From contig OZ245838.1 in NCBI GenBank assembly GCA_965228735.1, positions 4,000,001 through 4,064,000 of the forward strand: a stretch of DNA of 64,000 nt. Reading direction: 5' to 3'. Of the stretch, positions 37,352 through 46,861 are shown one piece after another. This DNA comes from Planctomycetota bacterium (GTDB lineage: Bacteria; Planctomycetota; UBA1135; UBA2386). Under the pieces are notes generated by a model. It was not told the origin of the DNA. It made no database searches and was given only the letters and a program-made list of their open reading frames with translations. A program made the position numbers and the translations under genes. The stretch's first letter is position 1. The number at the start of each line of letters is the position of its first letter.

Positions 37352-38156
37352 CGGCCGTTCCTCCGGTTCGGTCGGCGCCGACCGCGACGACGCCGACCGT
37401 CGAGTCGAGTATCAGCGGCACACCGCCACCATCCACGGCACGGCTGTCGGGCATGCCGAGCCCCTCCATGAGCCCGCCGGCGCCGGTGACGGCCGGCGGC
37501 AGCGGCGTACAACCATGCGCGGCAGTGATCGTCGAGACCGTCGTCCGCGCGTCGTCCATCCGGGTCGTCAGCGCCGCGCGCGTTGCGGCATCCGCCGTGA
37601 GGTACGAGCGGCGCGCGATCGCGTAGTCCCGCATCGCCGCGACCACGGCGTCCTCCTCGGCGTTCGTCATGGTCGCCGCCCAGCGGTAGCCGCTGCGCGC
37701 GAACGCGGCGCGGATGAGGCGCAGGCGAGCACGTTGCCGCGCACGGAGCAATGACTCGGTTCCGACGGAGGCCACGATGTCGTCGCTCGTGTCGAGCTGG
37801 CCGTCGGCGCCGCGACTCCGGATTCGCAACGTGTTCGCAACCATGCCGTAGTCGAGGTCGGCCGCCCCGCCCCACGGATCGTGCCGCCACGGACCGAGCA
37901 CCGGCCCGTTGGCGCCCGCCACGAGGTCGTCGACCGAAGCCGGGAACGCGCCGGTACGCCGGAACCGGTCCCGCGCAGCAGATTCGGCGGTGGCCACGTG
38001 CGACTCGGCCCGAGCGCCGGCGTCGGCGAACGGCACGAGCACCTCGACGGCGAGCACGATTGCGAGACTGCCGGAAGCGATCACGCCGAGCAGCACGAGC
38101 AGAGCGAAGCCCGCCTCGCACTCGCCTTCGTGATGACCGCGGATCGACCCCGTCAT
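37341..38156 (-). CDS. Minor pseudopilin lacking Glu5 (GspK/PilX-like)
   Basis: G|FALLVLLGV, DPWG and SRGADG...DDI motifs. ATGA overlap with the gspF stop. Confidence 0.7.
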   Translation of the reverse strand: MTGSIRGHHEGECEAGFALLVLLGVIASGSLAIVLAVEVLVPFADAGARAESHVATAESAARDRFRRTGAFPASVDDLVAGANGPVLGPWRHDPWGGAADLDYGMVANTLRIRSRGADGQLDTSDDIVASVGTESLLRARQRARLRLIRAAFARSGYRWAATMTNAEEDAVVAAMRDYAIARRSYLTADAATRAALTTRMDDARTTVSTITAAHGCTPLPPAVTGAGGLMEGLGMPDSRAVDGGGVPLILDSTVGVVAVGADRTGGTADDM

Positions 38157-39361
38157 TTGCCGATCCCCTTCATCGCGGTGTAGATCGTCGTCACCACGAG
38201 AACGGCGACGCCACCGACGACGATGCCGAGGAACACCGTGACCGCCGGCTCGAGCAGCGCGAGCGCGCGCTTCACCGCGGCCTTGACCTCGCGATCGTAG
38301 AGCCGCCCGAGCTTCTCGAACGTCACGGGCAGGCGACCGGCCTCTTCGCCAACCTGCAGGATGCTCGTCGCGACGGGCGGCAGCAGCTTCGCTTCGGCAA
38401 CCGAGTCCGACAGCCGCGCGCCGCCGATGATCCGTTCGCGGCACTGCAACAACGCCGCGCGGTGGTACGGCGACACGACACCGGCAGCCGCGAGTTCGAG
38501 CGCATGCGGCATCGTGAGGCCGGCCTGCAAGAGCACGCTCATCGAACGCGACAGCTGCGCGACGGCCAACGTGGCGACCACGTTGCGAGCGACGGGCATG
38601 CGGCCGATCCCCGACGTGATGACGTCACGCACGCGCGCCAGTCTGAGGAGCAGACCGAGAGTCACGAGGCCCGCGATCGAACCGATGATGATCGCGACGA
38701 TGTGCGCCTGCACGAAGCCCGAGCAGTCGATGAGCCAGCGGCTCGCCGCCGGCAGCTCGGCGCTCATCTTCGCGATCACGGCGCCGAGGCGCGGCACGAC
38801 GAACGACAGCATGAACAGCACCATCGCGTAGCCAGCCGCCAACACGATCGTCGGGTAGACGAGCGCCTGCCGCACCGTGCCCGCGATCTCGAGCTTCCAT
38901 TCGAGGTAGCCGGCGATCGAACTGAGCACGTTCGGCAGGCTGCCCGATTCCTCGCCCGCGCGAACGAGCGCGCAGTAGACCGCAGGGAACGACCGCGGAT
39001 GCGCAAGCAGCGCGTCGGACAGTAGCTGGCCGTCCGCCACCCGCTCACTGAGGTCGGCGAGCATCCCTTCGATACGAGGATCGTCTTCCTGCTCGCCGAG
39101 GGCGCGGAACGTCATCAGGAGCGGCACGCCGGCGTCGAATGCCTCCTGCATCGCCTGCGTGAGCAGCATCAGACGACGCTGCCCGAGCGCGACTTCCCGC
39201 ACCGGCGCCCGCTCCGACGGCTCGTCGTCGAGCTGCCGGCACTGCAGCAGCGCGCGGCCTTCCGCGTGCAGCTGCTCGTGCAGCGATTGCTCGTCGGCGG
39301 CCTCGAGCTCAGCGACGGCCTGGGATCCGTCGCACTCCAGGATGGTTGTCCGGTATCGCAT
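38153..39361 (-). CDS. gspF: T2SS F / PilC inner-membrane platform protein
   Basis: AGVPL, AGEESGSL, ALVYP, VGEEAGRL, LLEP motifs. Confidence 0.9.
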   Translation of the reverse strand: MRYRTTILECDGSQAVAELEAADEQSLHEQLHAEGRALLQCRQLDDEPSERAPVREVALGQRRLMLLTQAMQEAFDAGVPLLMTFRALGEQEDDPRIEGMLADLSERVADGQLLSDALLAHPRSFPAVYCALVRAGEESGSLPNVLSSIAGYLEWKLEIAGTVRQALVYPTIVLAAGYAMVLFMLSFVVPRLGAVIAKMSAELPAASRWLIDCSGFVQAHIVAIIIGSIAGLVTLGLLLRLARVRDVITSGIGRMPVARNVVATLAVAQLSRSMSVLLQAGLTMPHALELAAAGVVSPYHRAALLQCRERIIGGARLSDSVAEAKLLPPVATSILQVGEEAGRLPVTFEKLGRLYDREVKAAVKRALALLEPAVTVFLGIVVGGVAVLVVTTIYTAMKGIGK

Positions 39362-39422
39362 CAGGGGGCGGGGGGGACCACCGATCGCGTGCGGCACGTT
39401 CGGGCCGCGTCGAGAGCGGCGG

Positions 39423-40073
39423 CTACTGCTTCTGCGTCAAGATCAGGCCGATGTCGTCACCGGCGATCTCGGTCGTGGCGAGGGACTGCCAGTTGGTGTC
39501 GAACTGGCCGTTGGGCCCGGCGGAGATCACGTACATCCGCTTGTGCCGAGTCGCGTGCGTGCGCCAACCCGAACCGACGTTGATGATGTATGGGCGACCC
39601 CACGGATCGACCGGGGAGCTGCCGGCGGTGTACGGGCCGCGCCAGCGCAGGTTGCCGGTCGTCGCGTACGCGGCGCCCACCTGGCCGCCCGGCGAGTTGC
39701 GCAACAGGTGCTCGTCGAGCAGGTCCCCGCGCGTGCCGTTCATGCCCCACGTGATCCAGCGGTGACCGCGCGTCCACGGGTTCGACGTCGGCATCGCCGG
39801 TCCGGTCATCAGGACGAAGAGCTGATTGTCGTTCCCCGAACTGTTGCGCGCCGGAAAGCTGCCGAGGTCCGCGTTCACCTTCGTGATGGCGGCCCCGAGC
39901 ACCTTGACCTCGGCCTCGGCCCGCGCCCTTCGACCGTCTTCCATGTAGCTGGACAACATCGGCACGGCGATGCCGGTCAGCAGCAGGATGACCGAAAGTA
40001 CGACGATCACCTCGACCAAAGTGAAGCCGACCTCCCGTCGGCTCTCTGGGTATTTCCCGATGGCGGTGGACAT
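39423..40073 (-). CDS. gspG: Major pseudopilin GspG-like
   Basis: G|FTLVEVIVVL, WRGPY, DPWGRPY, SAGPNG...GDDI. Confidence 0.85.
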   Translation of the reverse strand: MSTAIGKYPESRREVGFTLVEVIVVLSVILLLTGIAVPMLSSYMEDGRRARAEAEVKVLGAAITKVNADLGSFPARNSSGNDNQLFVLMTGPAMPTSNPWTRGHRWITWGMNGTRGDLLDEHLLRNSPGGQVGAAYATTGNLRWRGPYTAGSSPVDPWGRPYIINVGSGWRTHATRHKRMYVISAGPNGQFDTNWQSLATTEIAGDDIGLILTQKQ

Positions 40074-40172
40074 GCCAGCGGCATCGAGTTTCAAGAACAG
40101 GAACTTGAGACGATCACCGCGATACGAACGCGAGTTCCTCAGGTTCGATCCCCTCGTCGGCCGATCACGGGA

Positions 40173-41846
40173 ATGGTGACCGAAGCCCCGAAGGACCACG
40201 AAAGCCCCGCGGCAACGGCGGACGGCGACCGCCGCTTCCTCGAGGAAGCGCTGCGCAACGCGCCCGCCGGCGAAGCCGCGGAGATCGAACGCCTCGCCAC
40301 CATGGGGATGATCCCCATGGAACGGGCGTATCAGATCTGGGCGGACATGCTCGGGCTCACGTTCTACGACCTCGACAACCAGCGCACGAACCCGCACGTC
40401 CGGCACCTGATCCCGGTCGACCTCGTCTCACGCCACGAGACGATCCCGATCAGCACCGTCGACGGCGTCCTCGTCGTCGCGCTCAAGAACCCGTTCGACC
40501 TGGCGGCCGTCGACGAGGTCCAGGAGGTCACGGGCATGTCGGTCGAGGTCGCGCTGGCGACGCCCGACGCGATCCGACGCGCGATCGAACGCCTCCACCG
40601 CGGGGCCGCCGGCATCGAGGGCTTGATCCAGAAGCTCGAGAAGGCGGAGATCGACACCGTCGCCGACGGCGACAGTCTGCGACGCCTCGTCGGCCACGAC
40701 GCCGTCGTGCAGCTCGTCGATCACCTGATCGAAGAGAGCCTGCAGGCCCGCGCCAGCGATCTGCACGTCGAGCCGCAGCGCGACCAACTGCGACTGCGGG
40801 TCCGAATCGACGGCGAGATGCAGACGCTCTACGAGCTGCCGCCCGGCCTGCACCGCGCCGTCGTCGCCCGGATCAAGGTCGCCTCGGGCATGGACATCGG
40901 CGAGAGCCGCAAGGCCCAGGACGGCCGCATCGCGGTGTCCGACAACGTCGAGCTGCGCGTGTCCGTGCTGCCGAGCGTGCTCGGCGAGAAAGCCGTGTTG
41001 CGCGTTCTCGACCGCAGCACGGCATCGCACGATCCGGCGAGCCTCGAGATGTCGCCGGCGAACCTCGATCGCTTCCGCCGCGCCTACACCCACCCGACCG
41101 GCATGGTGCTGCTCACCGGCCCGACCGGCTCCGGCAAGACGACCACGCTCTACACGGCGCTCGGCGAACTCAACCGGCCGGAGCGCAACGTCGTGACGGT
41201 CGAGGACCCGGTCGAGTACGAGATGGCCGGCGCGACCCAGGTCCAGGTGGACCCGAAGGCCGACCGCACGTTCGCGAAGGCGCTGCGCAGCATCCTGCGC
41301 CAGGACCCCGACGTCGTGATGGTCGGCGAGATCCGCGACACGGAGACCGCCGCGATCGCGGTGCAGGCAGCGCTCACGGGTCACATGGTGCTCAGCACGC
41401 TGCACACGAACGACGCCCTGGCCGCCGTGCACCGCCTCGACGACATGGACGTCGCGCCCTACCTGCTCGGCCCGGCGTTGCGCGCCGTCGTCGGCCAACG
41501 CCTCGTGCCGCGGATCTGCAAGTCGTGCTCGACCACCGCGGAGCCGATGCCGGGACTGCTCGCGGAGTTCGGTCTCGACCCCGACGGCCGGCACGACGAG
41601 TTCCGCACCGGCAGCGGCTGCGCCACGTGCCGTGGCCGCGGTCGACGCGGCCGCATCGCGATCCACGAGGTGCTCTACATCACCCCGGAGATCGCCGCCG
41701 CGATCTCCCGCAAGGCCGCCCGCGAAGAGGTCCACGCACTCGCCGACGCCGCGGGCTACCGCCCGATGCTCATGGACGGACTCGACAAGGCCCGCGCCGG
41801 GCTCGTGACCCTCGAGGACGTCGCCGCGATCGCGCGCATCCACTGA
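40173..41846 (+). CDS. gspE: T2SS E / PilB assembly ATPase
   Basis: ASDLHVEP, GPTGSGKTT, TVEDPVEY, LRQDPDVVMVGEIRD, GHMVLSTLHTND, CxxC...CxxC. Start MVTEAPK. Confidence 0.93.
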   Translation: MVTEAPKDHESPAATADGDRRFLEEALRNAPAGEAAEIERLATMGMIPMERAYQIWADMLGLTFYDLDNQRTNPHVRHLIPVDLVSRHETIPISTVDGVLVVALKNPFDLAAVDEVQEVTGMSVEVALATPDAIRRAIERLHRGAAGIEGLIQKLEKAEIDTVADGDSLRRLVGHDAVVQLVDHLIEESLQARASDLHVEPQRDQLRLRVRIDGEMQTLYELPPGLHRAVVARIKVASGMDIGESRKAQDGRIAVSDNVELRVSVLPSVLGEKAVLRVLDRSTASHDPASLEMSPANLDRFRRAYTHPTGMVLLTGPTGSGKTTTLYTALGELNRPERNVVTVEDPVEYEMAGATQVQVDPKADRTFAKALRSILRQDPDVVMVGEIRDTETAAIAVQAALTGHMVLSTLHTNDALAAVHRLDDMDVAPYLLGPALRAVVGQRLVPRICKSCSTTAEPMPGLLAEFGLDPDGRHDEFRTGSGCATCRGRGRRGRIAIHEVLYITPEIAAAISRKAAREEVHALADAAGYRPMLMDGLDKARAGLVTLEDVAAIARIH

Positions 41847-41859
41847 CGCAGGCCGCGCG

Positions 41860-44481
41860 CTATTTCACGACGAGGTTCACGAGCTTGCCGGGGACGACGA
41901 TCTCCTTGATCACCGTCTTGCCCTCGAGGTAGCTCGCGACGGCCTCACGGGCGGCTGCCAGCACCGCGTCCTTCGCGGCGTCAGCTGCGACCTTGATGCG
42001 CGCGCGCACCTTGCCCTTCACCTGCACGGCGATCTCGATCTCGTCATCGACGAGCATGGCTTCGTCGACCGTCGGCCAGGTCGCGCGCGCGAGCAGCCCT
42101 TCGCCGCCGAGACGCGCCCACATCTCCTCGCCGAGGTGCGGCGCGAACGGCTGCAGCAGCTGCGCGAACCGCAGCAGCTGACCGCGACTCAGCTTGTCCT
42201 GCGCCTTGGTCGCGTCGTTCACGAAGATCATCATCGCCGAGATCGCCGTGTTGAACGCGAGACGCTCGATGTCGCCCTCGACCTTGTGGATCGTGCGGTG
42301 CAGGCGCTTCTCGATCTCGGGATCCCCGTCGCGATCGGCCGTGAGGTAGTCGTGCACCGGCCCGTTCTCGGGGAACTCCGGCACGACGAGCCGCCAGGCG
42401 CGCTGCAGGAAGCGGTAGATCCCGGGCACGTCCTTGGGGTTCCACGGCTTGCTGTCCGCGAGCGGCCCCATGTACATCTCGTAGAGCCGCAGCGTGTCGG
42501 CGCCGTACTCGGACACCACGTCGTCCGGGTTGACGACGTTGCCGTAGCGCTTGCTCATCTTCGTGATGACGCGCTCGAGCTTCTCGCCCGTCTCCTTGTG
42601 GACGACGTCGTCGCCGACCTCCTCCGCGTCCTTCCACGGCACGACGGAGCCGCGCGCGTCCTTGTACGCGAACGACTGGATCATGCCCTGGTTGTAGAGC
42701 TTGTGGAACGGCTCGTCGCAGGCCACCGCACCGCTGTCGTGCAGCACCTTGGTCCAGAAGCGCGAGTAGAGCAGGTGCCCGACGGCGTGCTCCGTGCCGC
42801 CGACGTAGAGATCGACCGGCAGCCAGTAGTCGCTCGCCGCCTTGCTGCAGAACTCGGCGTCGTTGTGCGGATCGCAGAAGCGCAGGAAGTACCAGCTCGA
42901 ACCCGCCGCGCCCGGCATCGTGTTGATCTCGCGCTGCGCCTTCCTGCCGGCCGAGTCCGTCGTCTCGACCCAGTCACGCGCACGGATCAGCGGCGACTCC
43001 GGCACGCCGCCCGGCTCGAAGTCCGCCATGTCCGGCAGCTCGACCGGCAGCTGGTCATCGGGCACGAGCTCGACGCCGCCTTCGGTGTGCAGCACCGGGA
43101 ACGGCTCGCCCCAGTAGCGCTGCCGCGAGAACAGCCAGTCGCGGATCTTGTAGGTCGTCTTGGCCTCGCCGCGCGACCGCTCCTGCAGCCAGTCGATCAC
43201 CGCGCGCTTGCCTTCCGCGACCGACTTGCCGGCGAGCGCGAGCGATCCGTCCGGGGTCCGGCAATGGTCGGCGTACGGCACCTCGCCCGTGACGCACGCC
43301 TCGCCGCGCGCGACCCTCGCATCCACTTCGGCGTCGCCCGTGTCGGGCGCGAAGATCCCGGGCACCGCCAGACCGAACTTCTGCGCGAACTCGAAGTCGC
43401 GCTCGTCGCCGGCCGGAACGGCCATGATCGCGCCCGTGCCGTAGGTCACGATCACGTAGTCCGCGATCCACACCGGAATCTTGCTGCGCTCGTCGTCCGC
43501 CGGAAACAGCGGGTTCAGCGCGTATGCGCCGGTGAACACGCCGGTCTTGTCCTTCGCGAGATCGGTGCGCTCGAGCTCGCTCTTGCTAGCGGCCTGCTTG
43601 ACGTAGGCCTCGACCGCTTCGCGCTCGCCCGCCGTCGTGATCGCGCCCACGAGCGGATGCTCGGGCGACAGCACCATGAACGACGCGCCGAACAGCGTGT
43701 CGGGCCGCGTCGTGAACACGCGGATCTTCGCGTCCTCGTGACCGTCGACGTCGAACTCGATCTCCGCGCCCTCGCTCTTGCCGATCCACTCGCGCTGCTG
43801 CGCCTTCAGCGAGTCGCTCCAGTCGACCTCCTCGAGCCCGGTCAGCAGCCGTTCGGCGTAGTCCGTGATCTTGAGCAGCCACTGCCGCAGCGGCCGCCGC
43901 TCGCACGGGTGGTCGCCGCGTTCGCTGCGCCCGTTGATGACCTCGTCGTTCGCGAGCACCGTGCCAAGCGCCTCGCACCACCAGACCGGCGCGTTGGACT
44001 CGTAGGCCAGACCGCGCTCGTGCAGCCGCTTCCAGATCCACTGCGTCCAGCGGAAGTACTTCGGATCGGCCGTGCTGATCTCGCGATCCCAGTCGTAGGA
44101 GAAGCCGAGCGTCTGCAGCTGCCGGCGGAACGTGTCGATGTTCTGCGCCGTCGTCTTCGCCGGGTGCGTGTTGGTCTGAATCGCGTATTGCTCGGCCGGC
44201 AGGCCGAACGCGTCCCACCCCATCGGATGCAGCACGTTGAAGCCCTTGGCCCGCTTGTAGCGCGACACGATGTCCGTCGCCGTGTAGCCCTCGGGGTGAC
44301 CGACGTGGAGCCCCGCCGCCGACGGGTAGGGAAACATGTCGAGCGCATAGAACTTCGGCTGACTCGCGTCGAAGTCCGGCTCGCCCGGATTGACCGCGCG
44401 AAACACCTTGTTCTCCTGCCAGAACCGCTGCCACTTCGGCTCGATCGTTCCGGGGTCGTAGACTTGTTTGGTGTCAGCCAT
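41860..44481 (-). CDS. leuS: Leucine--tRNA ligase
   Basis: MFPYPSAAGLHVGH, FTTRPDT, GTGAIMAVP, DWLFSRQRYWGEP, KMSKR. Start MADTKQ. Confidence 0.97.
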   Translation of the reverse strand: MADTKQVYDPGTIEPKWQRFWQENKVFRAVNPGEPDFDASQPKFYALDMFPYPSAAGLHVGHPEGYTATDIVSRYKRAKGFNVLHPMGWDAFGLPAEQYAIQTNTHPAKTTAQNIDTFRRQLQTLGFSYDWDREISTADPKYFRWTQWIWKRLHERGLAYESNAPVWWCEALGTVLANDEVINGRSERGDHPCERRPLRQWLLKITDYAERLLTGLEEVDWSDSLKAQQREWIGKSEGAEIEFDVDGHEDAKIRVFTTRPDTLFGASFMVLSPEHPLVGAITTAGEREAVEAYVKQAASKSELERTDLAKDKTGVFTGAYALNPLFPADDERSKIPVWIADYVIVTYGTGAIMAVPAGDERDFEFAQKFGLAVPGIFAPDTGDAEVDARVARGEACVTGEVPYADHCRTPDGSLALAGKSVAEGKRAVIDWLQERSRGEAKTTYKIRDWLFSRQRYWGEPFPVLHTEGGVELVPDDQLPVELPDMADFEPGGVPESPLIRARDWVETTDSAGRKAQREINTMPGAAGSSWYFLRFCDPHNDAEFCSKAASDYWLPVDLYVGGTEHAVGHLLYSRFWTKVLHDSGAVACDEPFHKLYNQGMIQSFAYKDARGSVVPWKDAEEVGDDVVHKETGEKLERVITKMSKRYGNVVNPDDVVSEYGADTLRLYEMYMGPLADSKPWNPKDVPGIYRFLQRAWRLVVPEFPENGPVHDYLTADRDGDPEIEKRLHRTIHKVEGDIERLAFNTAISAMMIFVNDATKAQDKLSRGQLLRFAQLLQPFAPHLGEEMWARLGGEGLLARATWPTVDEAMLVDDEIEIAVQVKGKVRARIKVAADAAKDAVLAAAREAVASYLEGKTVIKEIVVPGKLVNLVVK

Positions 44482-44586
44482 CGGTGCTCTCGTGGGGTCG
44501 ATCCGCCCCGGCGTCCGAGATCGGGCCCGGCCCGAGATCGGGCGAAGCAGTATGCCGGATCCGACCGGGCGGGCAAGATCGGCGAC

Positions 44587-44877
44587 ATGCGCTTCCCGAA
44601 CGACACCAACTTCCACCTGCGCATGGCCACCGTGCTCGTCGCCGCACTGTTCCTCGAGCACCTCGCGGAACAGCACCTGCCGAACTGGTCCTCGCCGCGG
44701 ATCGGCATCCTGCCGTTCGCCCTCGGCCTGGCCTGGGTCGGGCTCTTCGCGTGGCATCTCGCCAACACGGGGCGCGAACGGATCAAGGTGCTCGAGGACC
44801 GCCTCGAGCGCCTGACGACGCGCACGGATCACCTCGAGGACACGGAGCGATCGCGCCGGTCGCTGCCGCCGCTCTGA
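44587..44877 (+). CDS. Small membrane protein with a C-terminal coiled coil
   Basis: MRFPNDTNFHLRMATVLVAALF... has two hydrophobic segments followed by IKVLEDRLERL. Confidence 0.55.
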   Translation: MRFPNDTNFHLRMATVLVAALFLEHLAEQHLPNWSSPRIGILPFALGLAWVGLFAWHLANTGRERIKVLEDRLERLTTRTDHLEDTERSRRSLPPL

Positions 44878-44908
44878 GCGCCGCGGGCAGCAGACGCGCG
44901 GCTACTGG

Positions 44909-46117
44909 ATACTGATGTCATCAGTGTGGATTCGACGGATTCCCAGCCGATTCCGCACCCGCCCATTGCACGACCTCGGAGGGCCTTCGCGCCATCCGGA
45001 GTCAGCAATGAAGTTCATCCCGCCGCGATGCCCCTATCCCGACTGCGAGCAGTTCGCGCAGCCAGAGCCACGGTTCTTCGTGCGCTACGGCCACTACAAG
45101 CCGCGATGCCGAAGGTGGCCGGTCCCCAGATTCCGCTGCCGGAGCTGCAGGCGGACGTTCTCGCGTCAGACGTTCCGGCACGACTACCGGGACAAGCGCC
45201 CCGAGTGCAATGTCCCGCTCTTCGAGCTGCTGACAAGCGGGTGCGGCCTGCGCCAGGCCGGGCGACTGCTCGAGCTGGACGTTCACGCCGTCCAACGGAA
45301 GTTCCGCAAGATCGCGCGGACGTGTCGCTGGCTGCATCGCAACCTGTGCTGGCGACTTCCGGCAGGTCGCACGTTCGTGTTCGACGAGGAGGAGACCTAC
45401 GAGAAAGCGTCGATCAAGCCGCTGACGTTGCCGATCCTGATCGACCGCGACACCTACTTCATGGTCGCCACCATGGTTGGGCCGATCCGGCGACTAGCCC
45501 CGAGCGGCACTGACCGCCGTCGCAAGCAAGAGTCACTCGAGCGCCGTAGCGGGCGTCGTCGAGACCGTAGTCGGCGATCCGTGCAGGCCGTGCTCACGGA
45601 GCTCCGCGGTCGAGTCGAAGTCGGTGCGGTGCATCTCCTCAGCGACGAGAAGGCGATGTATTCGCGCCTCATTCGGATCGTCTTCCGTGACGACGCAACG
45701 CACGACACGACGCCTTCGACCCAAGTACGAGGCACGTTCAACCCGCTGTTTCCGATCAACCTGACCTTGGCGATGAGTCGCGACAACTGCGGACGACTGC
45801 GGCGCGACAGCTGGCTGGTCACTGAGAAGCGCCGTTGCCTTCAGTTCCAGATGTGCATGTTCGTGGTCTACCGAAACTACGTGCGCAAGCGTCACAACCA
45901 CGACGCTCCCGGGGACACGCCAGCGGTCTTGCTCGGACTCGTCGAGCGTGCCCTGCACGCCGACGAGGTGCTCCGCTGGCGCCAGGATTGGAGGCGATCG
46001 AGCTGCCATCCGATGAGTCGATCCGGGCTGCGCGAGGTTGCATAGACGGTCGAACGTTCGTTAACTCCTCTGCGCCGACGAGTTACCCGGGTCTGACAAC
46101 ACTCTTGGCATCAGTAT
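44909..46117 (+). mobile_element. Complete IS1-like insertion sequence (1209 bp)
   Basis: 19-bp imperfect TIRs at 44909-44927 and 46099-46117 (16/19 match). An 11-bp direct repeat GCGGCTACTGG flanks it at 44898-44908 and 46118-46128. Confidence 0.88.
45008..46045 (+). CDS. IS1-like transposase (Zn finger-HTH-catalytic domain in one ORF)
   Basis: CPYPDC...RFRCRSC, HTH GLRQAGRLL, FDEEETY, LSDEK, INLTLAMSR...RLRRDS. Confidence 0.8.
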   Translation: MKFIPPRCPYPDCEQFAQPEPRFFVRYGHYKPRCRRWPVPRFRCRSCRRTFSRQTFRHDYRDKRPECNVPLFELLTSGCGLRQAGRLLELDVHAVQRKFRKIARTCRWLHRNLCWRLPAGRTFVFDEEETYEKASIKPLTLPILIDRDTYFMVATMVGPIRRLAPSGTDRRRKQESLERRSGRRRDRSRRSVQAVLTELRGRVEVGAVHLLSDEKAMYSRLIRIVFRDDATHDTTPSTQVRGTFNPLFPINLTLAMSRDNCGRLRRDSWLVTEKRRCLQFQMCMFVVYRNYVRKRHNHDAPGDTPAVLLGLVERALHADEVLRWRQDWRRSSCHPMSRSGLREVA

Positions 46118-46121
46118 GCGG

Positions 46122-46784
46122 CTACTGGGTCAATCGGTCGTTCGCCGCCTCCGCGGCCGCGACCGCGCGGTCGACCTCGGCGGCCGCCGCCTGCATGCGT
46201 TCGCGCGTCGCCGCGTCGACCCCTTCGGAGAACGCCAGCCCACCCTCGCCATCGACCGACCAAGAACCGTAGTGCTCCTGCGCGAGCTTCAGCAGCGCCA
46301 CCCCGGCCGTCGCGGACGCGACCTCGGCCTCGAGCCACGCTCCGACCCGCTGCATGCGGTCCTCTTCCACGAAGGCCTTGATCGCTTCCTCGACCGCGGA
46401 CTCGGGCATGCCGCCCTCGCGCAACCGCGCCGCGAAGCGTTCGCCCGTCGTGGCATCGGCCACCGCGATCGCGAGATGACCGGACAGCTCGTCGTAGACC
46501 GCGAGCCGCGCCCCGATCTCCTCCTTCGAATCGATCGTCGAGAGGTCGGCGCCACCGAGCTCCAGGAGCCGGTCGAACTCGGCCGACACGGCGGTGAGCG
46601 TGCGATGGAACTCCGACGTGAAGTTCGACGTCGCCTTCGCGAGACCGAACCCGAGATAGACGCCGAAGCCGACGAGGCCGATCATCAGCAGACCCGCGAC
46701 GGCGAGGCCGATCCACGCGGCCGGCGGCAGTCCGGAACGGCGCTTCGGCTGGGGCACGGGCGGCGGTTCGTCGTAGTCGGGCAT
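46122..46784 (-). CDS. Single-TM hypothetical protein
   Basis: Pro-rich N-terminus, one TM helix, helical C-domain. The stop codon lies inside the IS target duplication. Confidence 0.65.
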   Translation of the reverse strand: MPDYDEPPPVPQPKRRSGLPPAAWIGLAVAGLLMIGLVGFGVYLGFGLAKATSNFTSEFHRTLTAVSAEFDRLLELGGADLSTIDSKEEIGARLAVYDELSGHLAIAVADATTGERFAARLREGGMPESAVEEAIKAFVEEDRMQRVGAWLEAEVASATAGVALLKLAQEHYGSWSVDGEGGLAFSEGVDAATRERMQAAAAEVDRAVAAAEAANDRLTQ

Positions 46785-46861
46785 GTCCGCATCTCAGGTG
46801 ATGGGCGCGGAGAAAACAACTCGCAGCGGGGTCGAGCGCCTCCTGGACCTACCATCCGGGA

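Noticed and set aside
40138..40170. GGTTCGATCCC resembling a tRNA T-loop or att site
   Set aside because: The T-stem does not pair, and there is no cloverleaf, CCA end or integrase.
41860..44481. KMSKR instead of KMSKS in LeuS
   Set aside because: A tolerated variant of the class I synthetase motif; the gene is otherwise intact.
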